Assembly: GCA_965279515.1 (NCBI GenBank)
Contig: CBDIID010000003.1
Span: 1,152,001 to 1,216,000, forward strand
DNA length: 64,000 nt
Direction: 5' to 3'
Origin: Turneriella sp.
GTDB taxonomy: Bacteria; Spirochaetota; Leptospiria; Turneriellales; Turneriellaceae
Part shown: one piece after another, positions 28,056 to 38,151 of the stretch
Position numbering within the stretch: position 1 is the stretch's first letter
How the letters are laid out: the number at the start of each line of letters is the position of its first letter
The notes under the pieces: generated by a model
What the model was told of the DNA's origin: nothing
The model's database searches: none
The model's input: the letters and a program-made list of their open reading frames with translations, nothing else
Translations under genes and position numbers: made by a program

Positions 28056-29443
28056 ATAAATACGACGTCGTCGTCATCGGTTCAGGCCCCGCGGGCGAAG
28101 GCGCGGCCATGCAGAGCGCCAAGGACGGCAAACGCGTCGCCGTCATCGAACTCAATCCCGCACTCGGCGGGGAGTGCCTGCACCGGGGAACAATCCCATC
28201 GAAGGCGCTCAGGCATTCGATTCAGCGCTATATCGAATCGCTGTCGAACCCGCTGGTCAAGGCGCACACACGACTGGGGGGCACCGAGCTAGACTACCCG
28301 TCGCTGTTGGCAGCCGCGCGCGGCATCAGCCAGCGCGAAGCGCATATCAACCAGCGCAACTACGAACGCAACCGGATAGATATTTTTACCGGCCGCGCAC
28401 GGCTCGTTTCGCCAAATGATATTGAGATAAACCTGGGCCACGCGGGCGTGGAGAAAATCAGCGCCGATCATATCATTGTTGCGACGGGCTCGCGGCCATA
28501 CCGCCCGCCCGAGGTAAAATTCGACGAGCGCATTCTCGACAGCGATACGGTATTGGATCTGGCATTTACTCCGCAGTCGCTCACCATCTACGGTGCGGGC
28601 GTCATCGGCTGTGAATACGCTTCGATCTTCAAAGGCCTTGGCATCAAGGTCACGCTCATCAACCACCGCGCAAAACTCCTCGAATTTCTCGACGACGAAA
28701 TTATCGACGCTTTGAGCTATCACCTGCGTGAACAGGGCGTCGTCATCAAGCATGGCGAAGAGTTCGATAAAATAGAGCGTGTGGGTGACGACGTGCTGCT
28801 GCACCTCAAGTCGGGCAAGATCGTCAAGTCGGATGCACTGCTCTGGGCGAACGGCCGCAGCGGAAACACCAAGGATCTTATCGCCTTTGATAGCCCGATA
28901 AAAATCGACCACCGCGGTCAGATTGAAAAGAACGAAAATTTTCAAACCGCCCTGCCCCACATCTATGCCGTGGGCGATGTCGGCGGCCCACCCGCGCTTG
29001 CCAGTGCAGCATTCAACCAGGGCCGTTTCGCGGCATTGCAGATCTCAAAAAAAGCCTCGCATGAAAATCTGATCAAAGGCACACCGACGGGGATCTACAC
29101 CAACCCGGAAATCAGCTCGATAGGCAAGACCGAGCGCGAACTCACCCAAGGCAAAATTCCCTATGAAGTGGGCCAGGCCCACTTCCGCAATATCGCGCGC
29201 GCGCAGATCACAGGGCAGACCGCGGGCCTGCTGAAAATTCTATTTCACCGCGAGACGCTCGAAATTCTCGGCATCCACTGTTTTGGCGATCAGGCATCAG
29301 AGATTATCCATATTGGCCAGGCGATCATGTCGCAGCCGGCGCCGAATAACCGCGTCGTATGGTTTGTCGAAACAACGTTTAATTACCCGACAATGGCTGA
29401 GGCCTACCGCGTCGCGGCGCTCAACGGCCTCAACCGTCTCTAA
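28052..29443 (+). CDS. sthA: Soluble pyridine nucleotide transhydrogenase
   Basis: [73 protein letters not shown]. Confidence 0.95.
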   Translation: MNKYDVVVIGSGPAGEGAAMQSAKDGKRVAVIELNPALGGECLHRGTIPSKALRHSIQRYIESLSNPLVKAHTRLGGTELDYPSLLAAARGISQREAHINQRNYERNRIDIFTGRARLVSPNDIEINLGHAGVEKISADHIIVATGSRPYRPPEVKFDERILDSDTVLDLAFTPQSLTIYGAGVIGCEYASIFKGLGIKVTLINHRAKLLEFLDDEIIDALSYHLREQGVVIKHGEEFDKIERVGDDVLLHLKSGKIVKSDALLWANGRSGNTKDLIAFDSPIKIDHRGQIEKNENFQTALPHIYAVGDVGGPPALASAAFNQGRFAALQISKKASHENLIKGTPTGIYTNPEISSIGKTERELTQGKIPYEVGQAHFRNIARAQITGQTAGLLKILFHRETLEILGIHCFGDQASEIIHIGQAIMSQPAPNNRVVWFVETTFNYPTMAEAYRVAALNGLNRL

Positions 29444-30066
29444 ATACTCTTCAGGTATTTGCGGATAATTTCGCGGCAGGCAGGCGAATCTACGCCACCC
29501 CCGCCCGTCACCCAGGCGAACGGCAAAATAAAATCACCCCTCGGCCTTTCGGCTTTTTCGCGCGCGGTGAGAAAACCGGAAGTCAGATCATAGGCCTCAT
29601 AAACTTCGCCTTCACCGGGATCACCGGCGAGCCCCAGGAAACCGAGAAAATTCCAGTAATAAGAATCCAGATGCCTGTCTAAACCTGCGGGGGTCGTGGG
29701 CATTTGCATCAGCGCCGATGCAATGAGGGAAAAAAGTTCGCCAGTGTCCGGGGAAGATTTTACAAATTCGGCGATCTGCACAATTTCTGCGACGGCCGCC
29801 AGGGTCTTGTAATCCTGGGTTTCTTTAAAGGGAGAGAAAACCAGTTCGCTGCTCTTGGGTATGATTCTCTGCGCCGAACCCGGTTGGAAGATGATGTCGT
29901 AGATGCCCCCTGGCGCATAATGAAAAGAAGAGCGCTTTGCGGACTTCATGATGCCCGGAATACGGAACGCGCCAAATTCGCCGTTTTCGAGCAGCGTATC
30001 GAGGTAGAGGGATTCATCCCCCGCGGGTTTTCGCCGGAGAATGATTGCTTTCAGCCGCAAGCTCAC
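29440..30066 (-). CDS. recO: DNA repair protein RecO (divergent)
   Basis: AIILR..P.G..., G.F..PGI.KS.KR N-terminal OB fold; lies downstream of ybeY. Confidence 0.65.
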   Translation of the reverse strand: MSLRLKAIILRRKPAGDESLYLDTLLENGEFGAFRIPGIMKSAKRSSFHYAPGGIYDIIFQPGSAQRIIPKSSELVFSPFKETQDYKTLAAVAEIVQIAEFVKSSPDTGELFSLIASALMQMPTTPAGLDRHLDSYYWNFLGFLGLAGDPGEGEVYEAYDLTSGFLTAREKAERPRGDFILPFAWVTGGGGVDSPACREIIRKYLKSI

Positions 30067-30074
30067 CGATCGCC

Positions 30075-30899
30075 TTATGCGGCGTTGCGGCCCGAAAGGT
30101 CAATGACGACGCTCTTCACCTGGCGGTGTTTAAATTTCAACAAGGTGAATTTTGCATTGCCGTAGATAAAAGAGGCCTTCTCTTTCAGCTCACCCGCCAG
30201 CGAGTGCAGCACAAAACCCGCAACCGAATGGAATTTCTCTTCGGGCAGGTTGAGCGTCAGTTCATCGTTGAGATCAGAGAGCGACATGCGGGCATCGACG
30301 CGGTAAACCTTGGGTTCGAGCTGCATGACCTGGTTCGAATCGCTGTCGTACTCGTCCTGGATCTCGCCGACGATCTCTTCAAGAATATCTTCGAGCGTGA
30401 TCATGCCGGTGACGTCGCCGTGCTCGTTGACAGTGAGCGCGAGGTGGTGGCGGTTCAGGCGCATCTCGCGCAGCAGCGACAGAATACTCTGCGATTCGGG
30501 CACCACCAGCGGTTTCCTGAGGTGTGAGGCGAGACTGAAATTCTTGCGCTGCGCCGGCTTGATGCTGACGAGGTCTTTGACGAACAGCATGCCGAGGTAG
30601 TGCCTGAGGCCGTCTTTGTCTTCATAGACCGGCAGGCGGGAATGGCCGGTTTTTTTGAAAACCCCCTCGATGTCTTTCAGCGAAGCTGTCACGGGAATAC
30701 TGGTGAGATTCACCTCGGCGGTCTTGATGTCGGCTGCGCGCTTCTCGTGCAGTTCGAGAATTTCGAGGACCATCTGCATCTGCTCGTTGCGCGCCGCAAT
30801 TTTGTTCTTTTTAAAGAACTGTATCAGTTTTTCGCGCAGCGATTTCTTTTTGCCGAAAACGCGCCGTATCGTATTGGTAATTTTTCGCCGCTTTGCCAT
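30075..30899 (-). CDS. CBS-pair/CorC-HlyC transporter-associated protein
   Basis: GHSRLPVY, V.EHG...G.ITLEDILEEIVGEIQDEYD, SVAGFV; no transmembrane region. Confidence 0.9.
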   Translation of the reverse strand: MAKRRKITNTIRRVFGKKKSLREKLIQFFKKNKIAARNEQMQMVLEILELHEKRAADIKTAEVNLTSIPVTASLKDIEGVFKKTGHSRLPVYEDKDGLRHYLGMLFVKDLVSIKPAQRKNFSLASHLRKPLVVPESQSILSLLREMRLNRHHLALTVNEHGDVTGMITLEDILEEIVGEIQDEYDSDSNQVMQLEPKVYRVDARMSLSDLNDELTLNLPEEKFHSVAGFVLHSLAGELKEKASFIYGNAKFTLLKFKHRQVKSVVIDLSGRNAA

Positions 30900-31408
30900 T
30901 ATCTTTCGATGAGCCCCACACCCTGCAGACCCGCCTTCTCCAGGATCAGTTTCTCGGTACCCTGCATCTTTTTCATCTCGGTGACGGATATTTCGTGGTC
31001 ATACCCCATCACGTGCAGGGCGCCATGAATGGTTAAGACAGAGAGCTCTTCGGGCAGCGTGGTTTTCCAGGCCTTGGCCTGGCGGGCGGCGGTATCGAGC
31101 GAAATGTAGATCTCACCACCAGGTTCATGGGGGAACAGCGGCGCTTTGCCTTCGACATACGAGAAAGACAGCACGTCTGTGGATTTCGGTTTATGCCGGT
31201 ATTCGGTATTGAGCCGCTTCATGACGGTATCGGAAATGAGATGCACGAGGATTTCCCGGTTTTTGCGCCGCGAGGCATCCCCCTTTGGTTTTCGCCATGG
31301 TATGGCCGAAAATGCTTTGGTGATACGCGGTAGGTACTGTTCATAGGTTTTTAGATACTGCATGTATTTGCGCGGCACCTTGGCCGGCGCGAGCGACAGG
31401 CGGATCAA
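30899..31408 (-). CDS. ybeY: rRNA maturation endoribonuclease YbeY
   Basis: LN..YR.K..STDVLSF, GEIYIS, IHGALHVMGYDH. Confidence 0.95.
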   Translation of the reverse strand: MIRLSLAPAKVPRKYMQYLKTYEQYLPRITKAFSAIPWRKPKGDASRRKNREILVHLISDTVMKRLNTEYRHKPKSTDVLSFSYVEGKAPLFPHEPGGEIYISLDTAARQAKAWKTTLPEELSVLTIHGALHVMGYDHEISVTEMKKMQGTEKLILEKAGLQGVGLIER

Positions 31409-31791
31409 TTCCGGAATTTTTCCCGCGCGTCGTCGAGCGAACCCGCGATGGCGAAGCGTCCCGAAAGGTCGGTCATGTCGAAGAGCTCCTGTACAAATTG
31501 GGTCGGTTTAGTCAGCAGCATTTTGCCGCGGTTTTGCTCCACGGTGCGTGCAATGGTGAGCAGCAGGGCGATACCCGTGCTGTTGATATAATCGAGTTCT
31601 GAGATATCGAGAATGCAATCATAGACGCCATTCTCAAAAATCGCCTTCACCTTGCTGTTGAGATCAAAAATGTTGTCAGAGGTGATCTTGCCGCTGAAAG
31701 TCAGAAAATTCACCGGGCGCCCCGCGACTTTTTCAGTCTCGGTGCGCAACTGCAACAGATTTTTGAGACTCACTGTCTTATTTTGGCCCAT
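31405..31791 (-). CDS. STAS-domain anti-sigma factor antagonist
   Basis: ILDISELDYINSTGIALL..V.ELFDMT.L. Confidence 0.88.
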   Translation of the reverse strand: MGQNKTVSLKNLLQLRTETEKVAGRPVNFLTFSGKITSDNIFDLNSKVKAIFENGVYDCILDISELDYINSTGIALLLTIARTVEQNRGKMLLTKPTQFVQELFDMTDLSGRFAIAGSLDDAREKFRN

Positions 31792-31947
31792 GGCTCAAGG
31801 AATCAAGCTTTTTGTGCGCTGGCGGCCTGCGGATGCCCCGCGTCTGAAAAAACGGCGTTTGTTTAAACTTATACATACTGTTCACTCATGAAAAAACCGT
31901 GCCAAATAAAAAAGTTGACCCTTGCCATGAGCTTAGCATGTCAACCA

Positions 31948-33420
31948 ATGGCTTACGATGTAAAACAAACCTTTCCTGAAGTTAAGAACTATATTGGCGG
32001 AAAATTCGTCCCCCACCATGGGGATTTTATGGATGTTCTCTCACCGGTCGACGGTGGCAAGATTTCCAAGGTGCCGCTCTCTTCTGCCGAAGAACTCGAT
32101 CAGGCAGTGATCAGCGCCCGGGCGGCGCTGGCTGCGTGGAGCGCCACAACGATCAAAGACCGCGTGCAAGTCTTCTTTAAATATAAGTCGCTGATGGAGC
32201 GCGACATCGACGACCTCGCCTACCTGGTGCATGTCGAGAACGGCAAGACTATCGACGAAGCGGTCGCTGAAGTCAAAAAGGGGATTGAGGTCGCAGAGTT
32301 TGCCTGCTCGCTGCCGCAGCTCGCCTCGGGCGAAGTTCTCGAAGTCAGCCGCGGTGTTGAGTGCCGCATCGATAAACACCCTGTCGGTGTCGTTGCCTGC
32401 ATTGTCCCTTTCAACTTCCCGTTTATGGTGCCGAACTGGACGATACCCAACGCACTCGCGCTCGGCAACGTCATGGTGATGAAACCCTCTGAAGTTGTGC
32501 CGCTCAGCTGTATCAAGATCGCCGAGCTCTTGAAAGAAGCGGGCCTGCCCGACGGCGTCTTCAACATCGTCAACGGCGACCGCGTGATCGTCGAAGGTAT
32601 CTGTGACCACCCCGGCATCGACGCTGTGACATTTGTGGGATCAACCAAGGTGGCGAAATTGGTCTACCAGCGCGCCACGAAAAATCTCAAGCGCGCGCTC
32701 TGCCTCGGTGGCGCGAAAAATCACCTGATCGTTTTGCCCGACGCCAACCCCGATATGACGGCGAACAACATCATCGCCTCGATGGCGGGCTGCGCAGGGC
32801 AACGCTGCATGGCCGCCTCGGCGATGGTCGGCGTCGGCAAGATCGACGCGATCATGGATAAGATCGTCGATGAGGCCAAGAAGGTTGTGCCGGGTGTCAA
32901 TCTCGGTGCCGTCATTTCGCTGCAGGCGAAAGAGCGCATCGAAGGTTATATCACCGAAGCCGAAAAAGGCGGTGCGCGCATTCTGCTCGACGGCCGCAAT
33001 TTTAAGGTTAAGGGAAAAGAAGACGGCTACTATGTCGGTCCGACGGTGATCGACAATGTTTCTCCCGACATGAAAATCGCGCAGGAAGAGGTTTTCGGAC
33101 CGGTTCTTGCTATCATGCGGACTAATACCGTGGACGAAGCCATCGCGATCGAAAACAAAAACCCCTACGGCAATGCCGCGGCTGTATTCACACAGTCAGG
33201 TGGCATGGCGCGTTACGTTGCTGACCGCGCGTCGGCCGGCATGATCGGCGTCAACATCGGTGTGCCGGTACCGCGCGAACCGTTCTCGTTCGGCGGCTGG
33301 AACGACAGCAAGTTCGGCGCGGGTGACATTACCGGTAAGAGTTCGATTGAATTCTTTACTAAACCGAAAAAAACCACAGTGAAATGGAACGCCGAAGCCA
33401 AAGCCAATTGGATGAGCTGA
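31948..33420 (+). CDS. mmsA: CoA-acylating (methyl)malonate-semialdehyde dehydrogenase
   Basis: PFNFP.MVP.W, KPSE, FVGST, GGAKNH, GCAGQRCMA, EEVFGPVL, GVNIGVPVP..PFSFGGW. Likely start ATG 31948. Confidence 0.93.
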   Translation: MAYDVKQTFPEVKNYIGGKFVPHHGDFMDVLSPVDGGKISKVPLSSAEELDQAVISARAALAAWSATTIKDRVQVFFKYKSLMERDIDDLAYLVHVENGKTIDEAVAEVKKGIEVAEFACSLPQLASGEVLEVSRGVECRIDKHPVGVVACIVPFNFPFMVPNWTIPNALALGNVMVMKPSEVVPLSCIKIAELLKEAGLPDGVFNIVNGDRVIVEGICDHPGIDAVTFVGSTKVAKLVYQRATKNLKRALCLGGAKNHLIVLPDANPDMTANNIIASMAGCAGQRCMAASAMVGVGKIDAIMDKIVDEAKKVVPGVNLGAVISLQAKERIEGYITEAEKGGARILLDGRNFKVKGKEDGYYVGPTVIDNVSPDMKIAQEEVFGPVLAIMRTNTVDEAIAIENKNPYGNAAAVFTQSGGMARYVADRASAGMIGVNIGVPVPREPFSFGGWNDSKFGAGDITGKSSIEFFTKPKKTTVKWNAEAKANWMS

Positions 33421-33442
33421 TACAAAGGAAATCCTACTCAAC

Positions 33443-34783
33443 ATGAAGAAGCAAACTAAAGAAGAAACAATCCAGGGGGCACTGAAGCACACCCTGTTCT
33501 CATGGTCAAAACAGGGCGGCCTCAACCCGCCGGTCATCGACCGCGCCGAGGGGATCTACCTCTGGGACACTGACGGCAAACGTTATATCGATTTCTCTTC
33601 GCAGCTGATCAACGTCAACATCGGGCATGGCAATAAAAAGGTGCGCGATGCGGTCATGGCGCAGATGGACAAAGTCAGCTACGTCGTGCCCGGCATGATT
33701 ACCGAGGCGCGCAGCCAGCTCGGCGAGATGCTGGCAAAGATTGCACCCGGCGATCTCAACCGTACCTTCTTTACTTTGGGCGGCGCTGAGGCCATTGAAA
33801 ATGCCGTTAAGCTCGCACGGCATTATACCGGCCGGCACAAAATTCTCGCGGCATACCAGTCATTCCACGGCGCCTCGTACGGTGCTTTTTCCGTGGGCGG
33901 CGACCCGCGCCGGCTCGAAGTCGACAAGCAGCAGATGCCGAATGTTGTGCACTTTGAAAATCCCTATTGCTACCGCTGCCCCTGGTCGCAAAAGATCGAA
34001 AGCTGCAAACGCGAGTGCGTCTCACACCTCGAACGCATCATCAAATTCGAAGGCCCTGAAAATATCGCCGCGATCGTGCTCGAAGGCGAATCGGGTTCGT
34101 CGGGCTGCATCAAGTACCCGCCGGATTATTTACAGAAGGTGAGAAGCCTCTGCGACAAGCATGGTATTCTCATGATCGACGACGAAGTCATGAGCGGATT
34201 CGGCCGCACGGGTAAATGGTTCGGCATTGAAAACTACGGCGTTGTGCCCGACATACTGTGCATGGCGAAGGGTCTCACTTCGGGTTATCTGCCCTTAGGC
34301 GGAATTATCGTTTCGGAAAAAATTGCGCAGCATTACGATGAACGTTTTATGCCGCTGGGCCTCACCTACTCAGCGCATGCGGCCTCTTGCGCCGCCGGCG
34401 TTGCGGTCCTTGAAGTTTATGAAGAAGAGAAGCTCATCCAGAACGCGGAGAAGATGGGTAACTATTTCATCAAAAAATTGAACGAAATGAAAGCCAAACA
34501 TCCGTCGATAGGGGACATCCGCATGACGGGGCTTTTAGGTGCGATTGAGCTGGTGAAGAACCGTGACACAAAAGAACCGATTGCGCCCTGGAATGCCAAG
34601 GCGAATGAACTTGAAATCACCAACAAGATCATGGCGAAGCTGAAAGAGCTCGGCATGTATACCTTTGTGCGCTGGAACTACATTTTCATCGCGCCGCCGC
34701 TCATTATCACCGAAGCGCAGGCCGACGAAGGTTTGGCAATCATTGCAGAAGCGATTAAAATTGCAGACGGGTACTGCGTTTGA
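33443..34783 (+). CDS. Class III aminotransferase (probable beta-alanine transaminase)
   Basis: YIDFSSQL, GGAEAIENA, SFHG, DEVMSGFGRTG, AKGLTSGYLP; pyrimidine operon context. Confidence 0.9.
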   Translation: MKKQTKEETIQGALKHTLFSWSKQGGLNPPVIDRAEGIYLWDTDGKRYIDFSSQLINVNIGHGNKKVRDAVMAQMDKVSYVVPGMITEARSQLGEMLAKIAPGDLNRTFFTLGGAEAIENAVKLARHYTGRHKILAAYQSFHGASYGAFSVGGDPRRLEVDKQQMPNVVHFENPYCYRCPWSQKIESCKRECVSHLERIIKFEGPENIAAIVLEGESGSSGCIKYPPDYLQKVRSLCDKHGILMIDDEVMSGFGRTGKWFGIENYGVVPDILCMAKGLTSGYLPLGGIIVSEKIAQHYDERFMPLGLTYSAHAASCAAGVAVLEVYEEEKLIQNAEKMGNYFIKKLNEMKAKHPSIGDIRMTGLLGAIELVKNRDTKEPIAPWNAKANELEITNKIMAKLKELGMYTFVRWNYIFIAPPLIITEAQADEGLAIIAEAIKIADGYCV

Positions 34784-36654
34784 AGAAAAAAGCCAAGCCT
34801 AAAAAAACTGCGCGTCCGGTAAAAAAACCAGCCGCGCGTAAAAAAGAAAAAGAGCCAGAATTCCTGGAGTACCGCCCGCTGACGCCGGCTGAAACAGACC
34901 CGACGGGAATCTCCTCATCGCCGCTCTACAGTGAAGACCTGGCGCCGATCGGCGCATCGGGGCGCACTTGGAGCACATGGAGCCTCGCGGCACTCTGGGT
35001 GGGCATGGCGGTGTGCATACCTACCTACATGCTTTCTTCTTTTATGATCAAATCGGGCGTCAGCTGGTATGCATCGCTCATCATCATCGCCCTCGCCAAT
35101 ATTATTATCACCGTCCCGATGGTCCTGAACGGCCATGCCGGCGTGAAGTATGGCATCCCCTTCCCTGTGTTCGGGCGCTCGTCGTTTGGCACGAGGGGTA
35201 TCCATGCGCCGTCGATTGTGCGCGGTCTTGTCGCCTGCGGCTGGTTCGGCATTCAAACCTGGATCGGCGGCCTGGCTTTTTATGCAATCTGGTGTGCTGT
35301 CACGGGCGCCGAAGCTGAGCGGGGTTTATCCATCGGCAAGTTCGTCGGCTTTTTCCTGTTCTGGCTCGTGAATATGTATTTCATCTACAAGGGCACAGAA
35401 AGTATTAAATGGCTCGAGAACATTTCTGCGCCTTTCCTTTTGATTTTTGGTGTGGCGCTCATTGCCTGGGGCGCCATGGAATCGAAAGGCTTCGGCATTG
35501 TACTTAAAGAGAGCAAACAGCTCGAACGCCCCACGGCGAAGCTCGTCAGCGACGGCGAAGATTTGATTTTACGCATCGAGCCGATCAAAAACCGCGAAGG
35601 TGAGTTCAAGGCAAGCGCGTATCAACTGAGCTATCCCAACGCCACGAAAAAAACCATTAAATCCTCATGGACTCCGCTCTCGGGAAAAAAGGCCAACCTC
35701 ATCACCTTACCACCTGACGAAGTTGATCTTGCAGCCATCACGGGCGGCTCAGGCAAATTGACAGTGCGTTTCCGCGCAGAGAAGCCCAGCGCTTCTGCCG
35801 AGAAAAAAAGTTATATCTATTCGAGCACCATCACGGTGGCAAAACCCAGAACCGAGGCCGATTCGGGCTGGGATAAAATCTGGACACACATTCTCTGGCT
35901 GACGGCGATGGTTGGCTTCTGGGCGACGATGGCGATTTCGATCGGTGACATCACGCGCTATGCCCCTTCACAGAAAGAGCAGATCGCCGGGCAGTTCCTG
36001 GGATTACCCGGTACAATGATCCTGTTCTCGTTTGTGGGCATCTTCGTCACCGTTGCGGCAACGCTCAATTTTTCGAACGTGCTCGTGGGTGAAGATGCGC
36101 CGTGGGATCCCGTGACGCTGCTCAACAACTTCAAATCGCCGGCCGTTGTCGTGGTCTCGCAGGTATTCATGATCATTGCAACCTTAAGCACCAATATCGC
36201 GGCCAACGTGATCGCACCGGCTTATGCATTCTCGAACGCGCTGCCTAAAAAGATTTCATTCCGCACGGGCGGCCTGATCACCGGAGTTCTCGGGATTATC
36301 ATCTGCCCCTGGTGGCTGATGGATGAAATTTCGGGGCTGCTGATATTTATCAGCGGCCTTTTGGGGCCAGTGCTGGGCATTCTGATCTGTGATTATTTTT
36401 CTATTCGCAAGACACGCCTCAATGTCAACGAGCTCTTCCGGGAAAACGGCATCTATAGTTATGGCGGTTCGGGCATAAATTCGGCGGCGATCATTGCCAT
36501 GGTTTTGGGCATCGCTATCGCGCTGGCGGGATATTTTATTCCGGCGCTGTCATTTCTATTCAAGCTTTCATGGTTCACGGGTTTTACGGTGGCGTATATC
36601 ACCTACTATATTCTGGCCAGGCGCATGGTAGCGTCGGGCCAGCTGCGGGTTTAA
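34780..36654 (+). CDS. NCS1 nucleobase:cation symporter with a large soluble insertion
   Basis: SEDLAP..RTW, WVGMAVCIPTY, G.KYGIPFPV..R.SFG, ACGWFGIQTW, MVGFWAT, STNIAANV. Confidence 0.92.
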   Translation: MKKKAKPKKTARPVKKPAARKKEKEPEFLEYRPLTPAETDPTGISSSPLYSEDLAPIGASGRTWSTWSLAALWVGMAVCIPTYMLSSFMIKSGVSWYASLIIIALANIIITVPMVLNGHAGVKYGIPFPVFGRSSFGTRGIHAPSIVRGLVACGWFGIQTWIGGLAFYAIWCAVTGAEAERGLSIGKFVGFFLFWLVNMYFIYKGTESIKWLENISAPFLLIFGVALIAWGAMESKGFGIVLKESKQLERPTAKLVSDGEDLILRIEPIKNREGEFKASAYQLSYPNATKKTIKSSWTPLSGKKANLITLPPDEVDLAAITGGSGKLTVRFRAEKPSASAEKKSYIYSSTITVAKPRTEADSGWDKIWTHILWLTAMVGFWATMAISIGDITRYAPSQKEQIAGQFLGLPGTMILFSFVGIFVTVAATLNFSNVLVGEDAPWDPVTLLNNFKSPAVVVVSQVFMIIATLSTNIAANVIAPAYAFSNALPKKISFRTGGLITGVLGIIICPWWLMDEISGLLIFISGLLGPVLGILICDYFSIRKTRLNVNELFRENGIYSYGGSGINSAAIIAMVLGIAIALAGYFIPALSFLFKLSWFTGFTVAYITYYILARRMVASGQLRV

Positions 36655-36667
36655 AGGAAGGAGAAAA

Positions 36668-38062
36668 ATGTCTGTACTGATTAAAAATGGCCGCATCGTA
36701 ACCGCAGTCGACGACTACCATGCCGACATCTTCATCGAAAAAGAGACGGTTAGTCTCATCGGAGTAAATCTCTCCGTCAAAGCCGACACGGTGATTGACG
36801 CCAAAGGCAAGCTGGTTATCCCCGGCGGTATCGATCCGCACACACATCTCGACATGCCTTTTGGCGGCACGACCTCGGCCGACGATTTTGAGACGGGCAC
36901 GCGCGCCGCGGCGCATGGCGGTACAACCACCATTATCGATTTTGCCATACAGCAAAAGGGTGAATCCACCATAGCGGCTCTCGACACCTGGCACAAAAAA
37001 GCCGAGGGCAAAACCGCGATCGACTATGCCTTTCACATGATCATTACGGACATGCTGGATGATCGCCTGCCGGAAATGAAAAGGCTCGCCGGCGAAGGTG
37101 TAACATCGTACAAAATGTTCATGGCCTACCCCGGTGTGTTCTATGCCGACGACGGCATGATTTTTCGCGCGATGCGCAAGGCGGGTGAAGACGGCACCGT
37201 GGTCTGCATGCATGCCGAGAACGGCATCGTCATCGACGAGATCGTCAAGAGTGCGCGTGCCGCCGGAAAAAAAGCGCCGATCTGGCATGCCTTAACGCGC
37301 CCGACGCGTATGGAGGCTGAAGGTGTACACCGCGCGATCTCCATAGCGGAAGTCGCAAAGGTTCCGATCTACATCGTGCATTTGTCGTCGTCGGATGCCC
37401 TCGTTGAAGTCATGCGTGCACGCGACCGCGGCGTCCATGCCTTTGCCGAAACCTGCCCGCAGTATCTTTTTCTCGACCAGAGCTATTATGAAAAGGCGGC
37501 CTTCGAAGGCGCGAAGTATGTCATGACTCCGGCGCTGCGTGAAAAATGGAACCAGGATGAACTGTGGCGCGGCCTCAGGTTCGGCGATCTGCAATCCGTC
37601 GCCACCGACCATTGCCCGTTTTGTTTTAACGGACAGAAGGAACTGGGTAAAGATGACTTTACCAAAATTCCCAATGGCGCGCCGGGTGTAGAGAACCGCA
37701 TGAGCCTCATGTATAATGGCGGCGTTGTCGGTAACAAGATCACACTCAATAAATTTGTCGATCTGACTTCGACTTTTGCGGCGAAGATGTTTGGCCTGTT
37801 CCCGCGCAAGGGTACGATCGCCGTGGGCAGTGATGCCGACATCGTGATCTTCGATCCGAACCGCAAAGAGAAAATCAGCATTCACAACCCGGTCACCCAC
37901 CACATGAAGGTCGACTTCAGTACCTACGAAGGTTTCGAAGTCACAGGCTTTACCGAAACCGTGCTTTCGCGCGGCAAAGTCGTCATCGATAAATGCGAAT
38001 ACGTCGGCAAAAAAGGCGACGGGCAATTTATCAAAAGAGGATTGTATTCGGGAGTGATTTAA
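36668..38062 (+). CDS. hydA: Dihydropyrimidinase
   Basis: PGGIDPHTH, GGTTTIIDF, SYKMFMAY, HAENG, ETCPQYL, TDHCPF, IPNG.PG.E.R, GSDAD. Confidence 0.96.
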   Translation: MSVLIKNGRIVTAVDDYHADIFIEKETVSLIGVNLSVKADTVIDAKGKLVIPGGIDPHTHLDMPFGGTTSADDFETGTRAAAHGGTTTIIDFAIQQKGESTIAALDTWHKKAEGKTAIDYAFHMIITDMLDDRLPEMKRLAGEGVTSYKMFMAYPGVFYADDGMIFRAMRKAGEDGTVVCMHAENGIVIDEIVKSARAAGKKAPIWHALTRPTRMEAEGVHRAISIAEVAKVPIYIVHLSSSDALVEVMRARDRGVHAFAETCPQYLFLDQSYYEKAAFEGAKYVMTPALREKWNQDELWRGLRFGDLQSVATDHCPFCFNGQKELGKDDFTKIPNGAPGVENRMSLMYNGGVVGNKITLNKFVDLTSTFAAKMFGLFPRKGTIAVGSDADIVIFDPNRKEKISIHNPVTHHMKVDFSTYEGFEVTGFTETVLSRGKVVIDKCEYVGKKGDGQFIKRGLYSGVI

Positions 38063-38139
38063 AACCCCACCCTACCCTCCCCTTATAGGGGAGGGACTTG
38101 CTCCCCTCTCCTATAAGGAGAGGGGCTGGGGGTGAGGTT
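38063..38139. repeat. Inverted doublet of REP-like palindromes (REPIN-like)
   Basis: AACCCCACCCTA-CCCTCCCCT-TAT-AGGGGAGGG, then CCCCTCTCCT-ATA-AGGAGAGGGG-CTGGGGGTGAGGTT; outer ends are near-complementary. Confidence 0.8.
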
Positions 38140-38151
38140 AAGGAGAAAAAT

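Noticed and set aside
36599..38026. Two long minus-strand ORFs (229 and 244 aa)
   Set aside because: Antisense shadows of hydA, expected from GC-biased codon usage.
38098..38151. TTG-start N-terminal extension of the ureidopropionase
   Set aside because: It is read-through of the REP-like element; ATG 38152 has a good AAGGAG RBS.
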